Source: Paramoeba atlantica (lineage: Eukaryota > Protista > Discosea). From it: DNA of 64,000 nucleotides. Below the pieces are notes generated by a model. The model saw nothing but the letters and a program-made list of their open reading frames with translations. It was not told the DNA's origin and did no database searches. The position numbers and the translations under genes are program-made. This document shows, piece after piece, positions 32,964 through 41,959 of the stretch. The stretch lies in the NCBI GenBank assembly GCA_977017575.1, contig CDRNVI010000003.1, positions 558,001 to 622,000 on the forward strand. Direction: 5' to 3'. Position 1 is the first letter of the stretch; the number at the start of each line of letters is the position of its first letter.

Positions 32964-33866
32964 CTATCTTAGAAAAACTGGAAGCATGCATTTCTCGATC
33001 ACCGCTCTAGACAGGAAATCCGAGGAAGAGGACGGAAAAGACACACTGGCCATACCTTTTTGATTCCACTGAACCACGAGACAGTTACCTTCACCGAAGG
33101 TGCTCTTATTGCCACAGCCAAACAACATGGCACAGTGACCCATGAGGTACTCATGGTACACGTCGGAATCTCCAAACAGCTCCAGAGTAGAGCCAGAGGA
33201 GCACTGTAAGGAGATCGTGAGGCTACCATAAACTCCCCCGAGGCCCTTAAACGTAACCACTTCACTTTCCCTATGCAACGAAACGCCAATGTGTGTACAG
33301 GTGTACGACATGAAGCTCTGGACCACCTCCCGCATTAAAGCGATCTCACACTCCAAGTGTGCCACCACGTGAAAGGAGGAGAAGCTCATGTTAAGGGGCT
33401 CCGCTAAGTCGGTTTTTACAAAGAGGACGGTTTCAATTTCCGCCTCTATGGTGCGTTCGGGGGATACAAGAACGGTAAGGCCGTGGCTCACGGCGCCGTC
33501 GTAGTCAAAAGTAACCGTGCGCAAGTTCTCACCCACTCCTTCCTCCCCGAGAGCTTCATTCGAACACGAACGATTGGTCTTACCGAGCTGGAGGGCAAAA
33601 ATAAGAGCGTTGAGCTCCACAGAAAGTCGCATGGGTGTGGTCACGGAAAACGAGGAGAACCAATCCTTCGGGATGTGGAGACTTGCCTCCACGGACAAGT
33701 CGTCCGACTCCGTGCGTATTAGCAAAGGGGTTTCCTGGGAAAGCACCAGTGTAACCCACTGTTGCTGTCGCTCCCTACTTTGTAAAGAATAGAGCGCGTT
33801 ACAGAGATGGGGAGGAGAGGCTCGGAGCTGTGCGGAGAACACGGATTGTCCCGTTGCGGAAGCCAT
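32964..33866 (-). CDS. RAD1: 9-1-1 checkpoint clamp subunit Rad1/Rec1 (PCNA-like fold)
   Basis: FSAQL...LCNAL...LIRTESDDLSVEASLHIPKDWFSSF...SVELNALIFAL and FKGLGGVYGSLTI fit the Rad1 pattern; 300 aa. Confidence 0.72.
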   Translation of the reverse strand: MASATGQSVFSAQLRASPPHLCNALYSLQSRERQQQWVTLVLSQETPLLIRTESDDLSVEASLHIPKDWFSSFSVTTPMRLSVELNALIFALQLGKTNRSCSNEALGEEGVGENLRTVTFDYDGAVSHGLTVLVSPERTIEAEIETVLFVKTDLAEPLNMSFSSFHVVAHLECEIALMREVVQSFMSYTCTHIGVSLHRESEVVTFKGLGGVYGSLTISLQCSSGSTLELFGDSDVYHEYLMGHCAMLFGCGNKSTFGEGNCLVVQWNQKGMASVSFPSSSSDFLSRAVIEKCMLPVFLR

Positions 33867-34109
33867 TCCTAAAATGAAATCGGTGTAGATGCACGAGAAT
33901 GTTTCTAGTTTCTATTTCCCTGAAATTCGTTTGCTGTTTTTATAATCATGTCATAAAAACTTTCACTACATCGTCCTGGCGCGTACGTATAATCTTGTAT
34001 ATCTTTGGACATACATGTAATTGGGGCTCCAAACCTATGAAAATAAGAAGACTCCAATGAAACGAACTTACATCATTGAATCGTACTCTGAAAATATAGT
34101 CCAAAAGTA

Positions 34110-35765
34110 TCACACAGAAGCCACTGCCTCATCTTTGGTCGTGTGACAGGTGTGGCACCATGGCCTCCACGAGTAATTAAAACTTCCACACGTGGAACAC
34201 ATAAATTGTCCCGGCTGTAGCGGCTCCGTGTCACCCTCGATCATCGCCCTGCGTGTTCCACAAAAGAGACAAAGCATACGAGCCCCATAGTTCACCTCGC
34301 TACAGCACTCACACACGAAATTCCCCCTCCGAGAGAAGCTCCTCACCACGGAGCAGGTCGCGTCCCGGGCCGCACCGCATACCCAACACATTTTCCTCTT
34401 GTTCGGGTTGATCGTTGCGCACTGGCCACACTTCCAGTCCCCGAGCGAGGCACTCTCCCACGAGCGGCTCTCCGCCACTTTGTGTACGTGATGCGGGTCC
34501 GTGTATACCGTGCTACAGTGCGCACACACCTGGGTCTCCTCCCGAAAGTTAATCCGCTCACATTTCACACACAACCAGTCCCCCGGCACAGCCTCCGCGA
34601 GCGTCCTCCCGAGGTTATACGGTATCCTCGGCGTGTCCTCCCCCCGCTCTTTCGCACACATAAAACACTTTCTCCTTTGCCGGTAATTCGCCACCCCACA
34701 CCCCTCACAACACCAGTCCCCCGGCCACGCCTCAAACCCCTCCCCCAACCCCACCACCACCTCTTTCCCTCCCCCCTCCCCCCTCCCTTTCCCACACCTC
34801 ACACACCCCTTCCGCTGCCCCCCCACATTATTCCACCCACACCCCCCACAGTTCCAGTCCCCCCCCCTCGGCCCCCCCTCCCTCCCCTCCACCATCTCCA
34901 CCCGCTCACTCACCCCACTCCCACACCGCACACAGCCCACCCGGTACCCATAATTCCACACCTCACACTGCTCACACCTCCAATCCCCCCGCCTACTCCC
35001 CGCCCGCACGTGCGCCGGTCCCGCCCCCTCCGGCCGCCCCGCCTCACACTTAATGCAACACACCCGCATGCTGAAGTTCAGCACCCCGCACTGGGGGCAG
35101 TAGAACTCCCCCTCCTTCAGCTCGGGCAGCGGGATCACCCTACTCCCCACGACCGCCCCCTCCCCCCCCCTCTCCCGCGGGGCCTCACACCGGTAGCACC
35201 CCCCCCGCGCCTTGAAGTTCCACAGCGCGCAGTGGGTGCACTGCCAGTCCCCGGGGCGGGGGGCCATCGCCGCCGCGGGGCGCCACGGGGAGCCGTCGGG
35301 GTGGGCCCAGCGCAGGCAGCCCGGGGCGAGGGGGGTGGCGCACACGTAGCACGCCGTGCGGGTCTTGAAGTTCGACCCCTCGCAGACGGGGCAGAGCCAG
35401 TCCCCGGGGAGCCGCGGGGGGTCGCGGTCGGGGGGGGGCCGGGAGGGGGGGCCACCACGACGCCGGCGGGTCCCGCGGAGGCGACCGGGGGGGTGGTGGG
35501 GCTGGAGCTCACCGAATTCATCGAATTGGGGACGACGGCGGGGGGAGGGACGGAAGGGGGAGGGGGGGTAGGGGTTGCGGTTGGAGGCGTCGTCATCGTA
35601 GGTGGGGGGGTGGTGGTGGTGATAGGGGGAGGGGGGTGGGGGGGTGGAGGGGGAGGAAGAGGGGTTGGTGGAGGGGGAGAATTGTACCATGGGGGTACGG
35701 TAGAGAGAGGGGAGAGGGCATGGGGGGGAGGGGGGGAGACGAAAGGTGCGAAAGAGGATACGCAT
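34110..35765 (-). CDS. RanBP2-type zinc-finger array protein (10 fingers)
   Basis: Ten GDWxCxxCxxxNxxxRxxCxxC units counted by eye; Pro/Arg-rich N-terminus. Confidence 0.9.
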   Translation of the reverse strand: MRILFRTFRLPPSPPCPLPSLYRTPMVQFSPSTNPSSSPSTPPPPSPYHHHHPPTYDDDASNRNPYPPSPFRPSPRRRPQFDEFGELQPHHPPGRLRGTRRRRGGPPSRPPPDRDPPRLPGDWLCPVCEGSNFKTRTACYVCATPLAPGCLRWAHPDGSPWRPAAAMAPRPGDWQCTHCALWNFKARGGCYRCEAPRERGGEGAVVGSRVIPLPELKEGEFYCPQCGVLNFSMRVCCIKCEAGRPEGAGPAHVRAGSRRGDWRCEQCEVWNYGYRVGCVRCGSGVSERVEMVEGREGGPRGGDWNCGGCGWNNVGGQRKGCVRCGKGRGEGGGKEVVVGLGEGFEAWPGDWCCEGCGVANYRQRRKCFMCAKERGEDTPRIPYNLGRTLAEAVPGDWLCVKCERINFREETQVCAHCSTVYTDPHHVHKVAESRSWESASLGDWKCGQCATINPNKRKMCWVCGAARDATCSVVRSFSRRGNFVCECCSEVNYGARMLCLFCGTRRAMIEGDTEPLQPGQFMCSTCGSFNYSWRPWCHTCHTTKDEAVASV

Positions 35766-36244
35766 GGAGGAAGTGAACGGTGGGTTGGGGATGGTGGGGG
35801 GGTTAGGGGATCGGCATGTCCCGAGGCAAGTCGTTAAGAGATGAAAATAGAATAAAGAGGCTCAATGGATAAAGAAAATTCATTTGGGTCGGGTGGCTAT
35901 AAAGTTCTTATACTAAGCTTTTATACGATTTGTATAATGTCCGATGGTAGATTACATGTTTGAGGGCTTTACATGAATGATGGCTTTACTGTAGGATGGA
36001 AAGTTATGGAAGGAAACTTGCTACAAGCGACAGAGCAAAGTAGTGAGAATGAAGGGACTTGTTATACATGGATAAAGAAGTTGTGCTCTACCAAATATAT
36101 TTTTTCTGACCTCCTTTTAATTCCATAAATTCTTTAAAGTTTCAACATTAACGCTGTACAAGTAATGGATTTGTCAATCCATAATGAGATTTATAAATCA
36201 TCCTTCCCATTAGTTTTCTAAAGAATGACGTACTCTAATCATCG

Positions 36245-39200
36245 TTATGCAGCAATGGTCACTGAAGTGGGATCGGCGTCACTCGAACTGCATACTTCAG
36301 TTGGAGCCTCACCATCTTCGTTCCAAAACTCGGAGCTTGGTTGGCTTTGTGCTTCCTCTCCCCATCGATTGTGGCATACGTAGCAGTAGGTTCTCCAAGA
36401 ATAGTTCAGCGTACCACAGAGATGGCATGGAACGGGCTTCTTCTTTACGGTGGATTCGTACAAGGATGTTTTGGGTTTGGGGGATGTACGACGCATGTGG
36501 CAGCTCATACATATGGTGCGGTAGGCGTAGTTCTCCGCATCACACTTTGCACAATGCCAATCTGAATTATGGGGGTACATTCGCGACACAGATGAGGTGC
36601 TGCACGCGTTACATGTAGTGGTTTCATTTTTATTGATAGTCCCACATTTACATAGCCAACTGTTCGAGTCGCTGGACTTCACATCCGGAACAATCATCGC
36701 TGTATGGTCCTTTTCTTTTGTACACGAGTGACACTTCTTGTCGTCTTTTTTATTGTAATTTCGACACGAGAGGCATTTCCAGTCACCCGGAACGAAGTTC
36801 AGTGACCCCGTCGGGTTAAGTTTCAAGTCGCAGGCATCACAATAGGGGTGGTGACGAAAATTTGTTGCCTCACAAGCGACACATTTCCAGTGATCAGCTG
36901 GATGTACGATATTCACCTCTTTCTTCTTGTTACCGCAGCGCACGCAATCGTTTCGTTTCGAAAAGTTCATAACGTTGCATTCTGCACAAATCCATTCCTT
37001 ATTCCGAAGCGCCAAATTGATAATCTCACAATGCTCTGTTTTTTTAGCGCTGCAACGATAGCACGACGACCGGACACGAAAATTTATTGTAAGGCATTCG
37101 CCACACTTCCAATCGCCGTTCAGAATTTTAAACTCAACAAGTTGACACTTGTCATCAAGTGCACGTTGACACCACACGCATACGGCTGACTTGGCATGAT
37201 TCATTTTATCGCAGCCCGCACATTTCCAGTCTCCATAAAAGCTATCCTCCCAACTTAAAGGGGGGACAACGTAGCATTCGTTCGTTTGGCTGGAACTACA
37301 AGAAACACAAAGAGATCTCGCTCGAAAGTTGAGCTTCCTGCAATTCTGACAATACCAATCTCCAGGGGCCTCGACTTTCTTGAATTCGTTTTCCTCCGCA
37401 CCTTGGACGACTAGACACGTATCAGTTTTGCCAGATTGGCATTGAATGCACTTAATTCTTTTAGAAAAGTTTAAAGTTGAGCATTTTTCACAGGTCCAGT
37501 TGCCTACTTTCCAACGTGATTCTGGGATAGAAGCACATTCTGGGCTTCTAGGGGCTTGACAGCCAAAACAGTTTTCCCTATTTCCGTAGTTTGCGCAGCG
37601 GCACTGTGAACAAAACCAATCTCCATGCCTTCTAGGAGTTTCATTTATTTCTTCGCACTCCGAATTTTTTTCAGACTTGCAGTTATAGCAGGTGGATCTA
37701 CTCCGAAGATTCATCATCTTGCAGACTGCACATTTCCAGTCGCCTTGCATTGCTTCAATTTCTACAATTTGAGAATCCGGGCTTTTGACTTTGTTACACC
37801 ATTGACAGGAAGCATCCCATGATAAGTTCATAAGTTGACAGGAATTGCACTTCCAATCTCCGAAAAAGCTATCTTCCCATAGTCTTGCAGGTACAATCGC
37901 ACATTCAAGGTTTTTCTTTTCTTTGCATTTGACACAAGAACTACGTTCCCGCTTGTTATGGCTCTGACACTGCCTACATATCCAGTCTCCTGGAAGTAAA
38001 ATACCGCTGTAGACTTCTCTCATTTTTCTCATTCCAAAAGCGATAGGGCAGTGAGCAGTTCTCGCACTTCTGCACTGCATACAAAGTTGTCTGTGCGCGA
38101 AATTTAACTTTGAACAATGCTGACAAAGCCAATCACCAATCTGGGAGAGAGCAGGAATCTCTGTTTTCGCTGTATCGTCTTTTGGCTTTTTACACTGCGC
38201 ACATTCGTTCGACATGTGAAAAAAATAATTCAGGGCATGACAATAACCACAGGTCCAGTCTCCAGGCTTATACTCACCTTTCATTTCATGGCATGAAGCA
38301 TCTTTTGGAGAAGAACAGGTAACACAAGCACTGTTGCACCGGTAGTTATATGCTTTGCATTGACTGCACTTCCAATCCCCTTGTAAGACCTGTACTTCAA
38401 CGATTTGGCAATCTGTTTTCTTCGCTTCGGAACACCACACACACATAGTACGTTGTAAAGGGTTCATTTGGTCACACGCCCGACAGTGCCAGTCGCCATA
38501 TCGACTCTCCTCCCATGATTTGGCAGGGATAACGGTGCAATCTGGAAGGCGAGGGACATCACAACTTCTACAGCTCACAAAGGAGGGTGACGACGTCTTC
38601 TCGCATGTTTTACATACCCAATCACCGGGTAGCGCTCCATTATCTCCTACTGATCTTGGAACTCTGCCTTCCGTCCGTAAAGTTTGACAAGAGCTGTCCT
38701 TTGTGTACAGACAACGAAGGCATTCCATTCGAGCGCCAAAGTTAACGATTTTGCATTTTGAGCAAACCCAATCACCAGGAAAAAGAACTTTGGGATTAGA
38801 GACATCATTTTGCGCACAGGAAGGGTCTTTTTCTTTTCCACATTTCGTGCATTTCGTTTCGGTACCAAAATTAATGCGTTCACACGAGCATTGCCAATCT
38901 CCCGGTCGTCCCTCCTGAAGAGATCGAGGAAGAATGCTTTCACAATGGGGTGATTTGGCTTCTGAGCAACGAATGCAAATGTCTCTTGACGAAAAATTAA
39001 TCTCTTTACAGTGAACACAAATCCAATCCCCACGTTTAGCCTCAGTGGAAGATATGGCACGCAGAGGTCGTACCGTGGGGGCCAGTTCGGTCAATATTCT
39101 GGCTTCATCGGACTTCGAAGAAAGACACCTGATACAGGACGTTCGCCGCGCATTGTTTGCTTCCTTGCAAGTAGTACATTCCCAATCTCCAAGGCGCGAT

Positions 39201-41263
39201 AGCTCAAAAGGTCTTCGAGGAGGTCCGTACTCCTTGACGCGACAGTCATCCGTTTTTTCTTTCTGGCATTCCGTACACTTTTCGGTACTGCGGAAATTGA
39301 CCGCTTGGCAGGAAGCACATTCCCAGTCGCCTCCTCTTGCGTGTATCACGAATTCGCGCTTGATAATACGACACGTATCCGTCTTCTTAAAGGTACAACC
39401 AAAACATGTCTCGCGACTGCGACGGTTGCATGTGAAACATGTGCAACAAATCCAGTCCCCAGGCATCTCCTGTAGACGCTTTCGTGGCGTCAAAATATCT
39501 GCTGTTGCCTCAGTTATGACTTCACAGGTCTCACTACGAGGTTCTCTGCAGCCAAAGCAGGTTATCATCTGAGAGGAAAAGTTTAACAGAGAACATTTTG
39601 AACAGATCCAATCTCCAACTCTGGTTTTTCCTGGAGGACTCGTCGCTCCTTCAATCGTTATACATTCGTCTGTTTTCGTTGTTGTGCATTTAATACACGA
39701 CGTGCGAACTGCAAAATTACTTAGTCCGCAACTTTGGCAGATCCAATCACCGGGAGATGCTGCGACAACATCCTTGTAAGGGACCGTCTCGACCTCTATA
39801 CCTTTCGCTGCGTAGCACTTGATACAATTAGGACGATTGCGATAATTCAAAGTGGTGCAAGTTGCACAGCGCCAATCCCCCGCCCGAAGACGTTTCCTGC
39901 CAAGCGGCTGTCCAAGAACTGCAGGACGAATTTCTTTACAGCCAAAGCACTCCGTGCGCTCTGAAAAATTTACTGTCTCACACTTCGGACAAACATATTG
40001 CCCAGGTCGCAAAGCAACTACTTCACAATCCGATGATTTGGTTTCGTTACACGCTACGCATGTTTCTCGAGCTTTGAAATTCATTGACCCGCATTTGTTA
40101 CATTTCCAGTCACCGTATCTGTAGCGAATCGCGCGCTTCACGATGATGATGCAATTTTCTGTGTGTTCCGCATTGCAGTTGACGCACAAATTCTTGTCGT
40201 GTGGATTCACAAATTTGCACGACTCGCAAATCCAGTCGTTTGCAGCACAATCTGCGTCCGTTATAGTTTTGCAGGTTTCGTCACGTGTGTACTCGCATTT
40301 AATACATATAGCTCGGCTTCGAAAATTCAAAGTTTCACACTGGGAGCAATTCCAATCGCCGGGACTGCCTTTACGCTGGGGTACGTCCGACACAATCTCG
40401 CATGACTCATCTCGGGGTCGCGAACATGACTCACACTGCTCAGCGCGCATTCTGTTTATAAACTTACAATCAGAGCAGTACCAATCACCAGGGCGTGCTC
40501 TTCGAGGAACAACTGGACCCGCAGAGCTTGGACGTGGCTCACTGCATCGCCTGCATTGCTCATACTCACCGAAGTTGAACGACTTACAGTTTTCGCAGAC
40601 GAATTGTCCTTTTTTCAAAAAGCTCGGTTGAATTTTTGCTGCATCGATTGTCCAGGGCGCAGTGCAGCGCACGCATAAATCCCGTGAGGCCCAATTCTCG
40701 AACTGACATTGTACACAAGTCCAGTCACCAGGAACTGGTCGACGCTCCGCCGGTGGCTTCCACGGAGTTCCATCCGGATGACTCCAACGCGGCGCGTCCT
40801 CGGCTATTGGAGCAAAGCACTGCTTACATTCCATGTTTCTGCAAAAATTTACCATTTCACACTGTTGACACAACCAGTCTCCCGGTTTGGGCTCCGGGGC
40901 AAGCCGCTGCATTCGTCCCCGACCACGTCCTCTGCCACGTCCCCGACCTCCGCGCCCTCGACCGCCCGACCTTCTGCTTAAACTTTCACCAAACTCATCG
41001 TACGTTCGATTTGCACCCCGGCCGCGCCGTCTATCGTACGTAGTGGAAGCGTACTGATCATTTTCTCCTTGAGAAGAATTGTCCTGGTAATAACTCCGAC
41101 CTGAAAAGTGGTATACAGCGACAGTATCCGCTTGCAAGCACGTCTCGTGCAGTTGCTTTCTCGAGAAACTGAAAGTAGGAGGCGATGCTTTTCCAATGTG
41201 ATATTGGAACAAGTCGCGTGAAGCGCCTTTTTGCTTCAACAACACTGCGTAAAAACGGTGCAT
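36245..41263 (-). CDS. Giant RanBP2-type zinc-finger array protein (36 fingers, 1672 aa) with RGG segment
   Basis: 36 W-x-C-x2-C-x3-N-x5-C-x2-C-like units counted by eye; RGRGG stretch; shares DEFGE and W-x-HPDG-x-PW motifs and a terminal NYSWR finger with 34110-35765. Confidence 0.92.
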   Translation of the reverse strand: MHRFYAVLLKQKGASRDLFQYHIGKASPPTFSFSRKQLHETCLQADTVAVYHFSGRSYYQDNSSQGENDQYASTTYDRRRGRGANRTYDEFGESLSRRSGGRGRGGRGRGRGRGRGRMQRLAPEPKPGDWLCQQCEMVNFCRNMECKQCFAPIAEDAPRWSHPDGTPWKPPAERRPVPGDWTCVQCQFENWASRDLCVRCTAPWTIDAAKIQPSFLKKGQFVCENCKSFNFGEYEQCRRCSEPRPSSAGPVVPRRARPGDWYCSDCKFINRMRAEQCESCSRPRDESCEIVSDVPQRKGSPGDWNCSQCETLNFRSRAICIKCEYTRDETCKTITDADCAANDWICESCKFVNPHDKNLCVNCNAEHTENCIIIVKRAIRYRYGDWKCNKCGSMNFKARETCVACNETKSSDCEVVALRPGQYVCPKCETVNFSERTECFGCKEIRPAVLGQPLGRKRLRAGDWRCATCTTLNYRNRPNCIKCYAAKGIEVETVPYKDVVAASPGDWICQSCGLSNFAVRTSCIKCTTTKTDECITIEGATSPPGKTRVGDWICSKCSLLNFSSQMITCFGCREPRSETCEVITEATADILTPRKRLQEMPGDWICCTCFTCNRRSRETCFGCTFKKTDTCRIIKREFVIHARGGDWECASCQAVNFRSTEKCTECQKEKTDDCRVKEYGPPRRPFELSRLGDWECTTCKEANNARRTSCIRCLSSKSDEARILTELAPTVRPLRAISSTEAKRGDWICVHCKEINFSSRDICIRCSEAKSPHCESILPRSLQEGRPGDWQCSCERINFGTETKCTKCGKEKDPSCAQNDVSNPKVLFPGDWVCSKCKIVNFGARMECLRCLYTKDSSCQTLRTEGRVPRSVGDNGALPGDWVCKTCEKTSSPSFVSCRSCDVPRLPDCTVIPAKSWEESRYGDWHCRACDQMNPLQRTMCVWCSEAKKTDCQIVEVQVLQGDWKCSQCKAYNYRCNSACVTCSSPKDASCHEMKGEYKPGDWTCGYCHALNYFFHMSNECAQCKKPKDDTAKTEIPALSQIGDWLCQHCSKLNFAHRQLCMQCRSARTAHCPIAFGMRKMREVYSGILLPGDWICRQCQSHNKRERSSCVKCKEKKNLECAIVPARLWEDSFFGDWKCNSCQLMNLSWDASCQWCNKVKSPDSQIVEIEAMQGDWKCAVCKMMNLRSRSTCYNCKSEKNSECEEINETPRRHGDWFCSQCRCANYGNRENCFGCQAPRSPECASIPESRWKVGNWTCEKCSTLNFSKRIKCIQCQSGKTDTCLVVQGAEENEFKKVEAPGDWYCQNCRKLNFRARSLCVSCSSSQTNECYVVPPLSWEDSFYGDWKCAGCDKMNHAKSAVCVWCQRALDDKCQLVEFKILNGDWKCGECLTINFRVRSSCYRCSAKKTEHCEIINLALRNKEWICAECNVMNFSKRNDCVRCGNKKKEVNIVHPADHWKCVACEATNFRHHPYCDACDLKLNPTGSLNFVPGDWKCLSCRNYNKKDDKKCHSCTKEKDHTAMIVPDVKSSDSNSWLCKCGTINKNETTTCNACSTSSVSRMYPHNSDWHCAKCDAENYAYRTICMSCHMRRTSPKPKTSLYESTVKKKPVPCHLCGTLNYSWRTYCYVCHNRWGEEAQSQPSSEFWNEDGEAPTEVCSSSDADPTSVTIAA

Positions 41264-41366
41264 TTGGGTAGAAAGTTACAATATTTCACTAGAATACTTC
41301 ACTCAGGGGGGAAATAAGGTGTGATAGTTTGCGATTGTAGATGTGTACTAATGTTGTTGTATAATA

Positions 41367-41548
41367 TTGTACCCCCCGTTTAAGCGCACCTCGTTTTTCG
41401 TGAAAAGTGCGCTTAAACGGGGGTCTGAATCAGTACACAAAAAAAACATTGGCGCCGCTTAGCGGCGCCGGAGACTTCACCTCAACTCTGTGTGCGCTTA
41501 AACGGGGGGTCTGACCTTACGGGTGCACTTAAGGGGAGGGGGGGACGG
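41367..41548. mobile_element. pogo-related MITE
   Basis: TA|TTGTACCCCCCGTTTAAGCGCAC ... GTGCACTTAAGGGGAGGGGGGGACGG|TA; internal GTGCGCTTAAACGGGG repeats; matches the pogo end at 7046-7070. Confidence 0.65.
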
Positions 41549-41716
41549 TACATTAAAAATAAAATGTGATTATTCTTTTTAATTTCTTTTTAATTTTGGA
41601 CCACCGTAGCCCCCTTCTATATCCTTTTCTTCTAATATAAACCCTCCGTCACGAATAAGTGACCACAGGCTAAAATCTGTGTTGAGGGGGGTATGGGGGT
41701 ATACCACATTATCACT

Positions 41717-41787
41717 TCTTCGTAAACACGCTTGTTACCAGTCCCAAGCCCGGCACCGCCATATTCGGCGGAGTGTGAGGGTAAAGA
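41717..41787 (+). ncRNA. Twister ribozyme-like sequence (type P5), near-intact
   Basis: TAA 41723-25, P2 ACAC/GTGT, GC 41730-31, P4 CCAG/CCGG, loop TCCCAAGC 41742-49, P5 CCGCC/GGCGG, GAGGG 41777-81. The core GTCCCAAGCCCGG matches the rice twister core as I recall it. Confidence 0.85.
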
Positions 41788-41959
41788 TTTCAATACATCT
41801 ATAGCACGATTATAAACTTAAGAATATAATTGAACTACTTCTTTCTAGTATCCAGTAGAACTACTACATTTAGCTCCATTTAACTAAACAATCTTACACG
41901 CCTGCAAATGTCAGGCATCAATTGAATTCACTTGGTCCCGGCCTGGCAATGCCCATTCT

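Noticed and set aside
2629-35837. Long Pro-rich or Gly-rich overlapping ORFs (e.g. 2857-3324, 7683-8759, 18074-18943, 27271-27888, 34482-35837)
   Set aside because: Antisense or shifted shadows of GC-skewed real genes; stop-poor because of composition.
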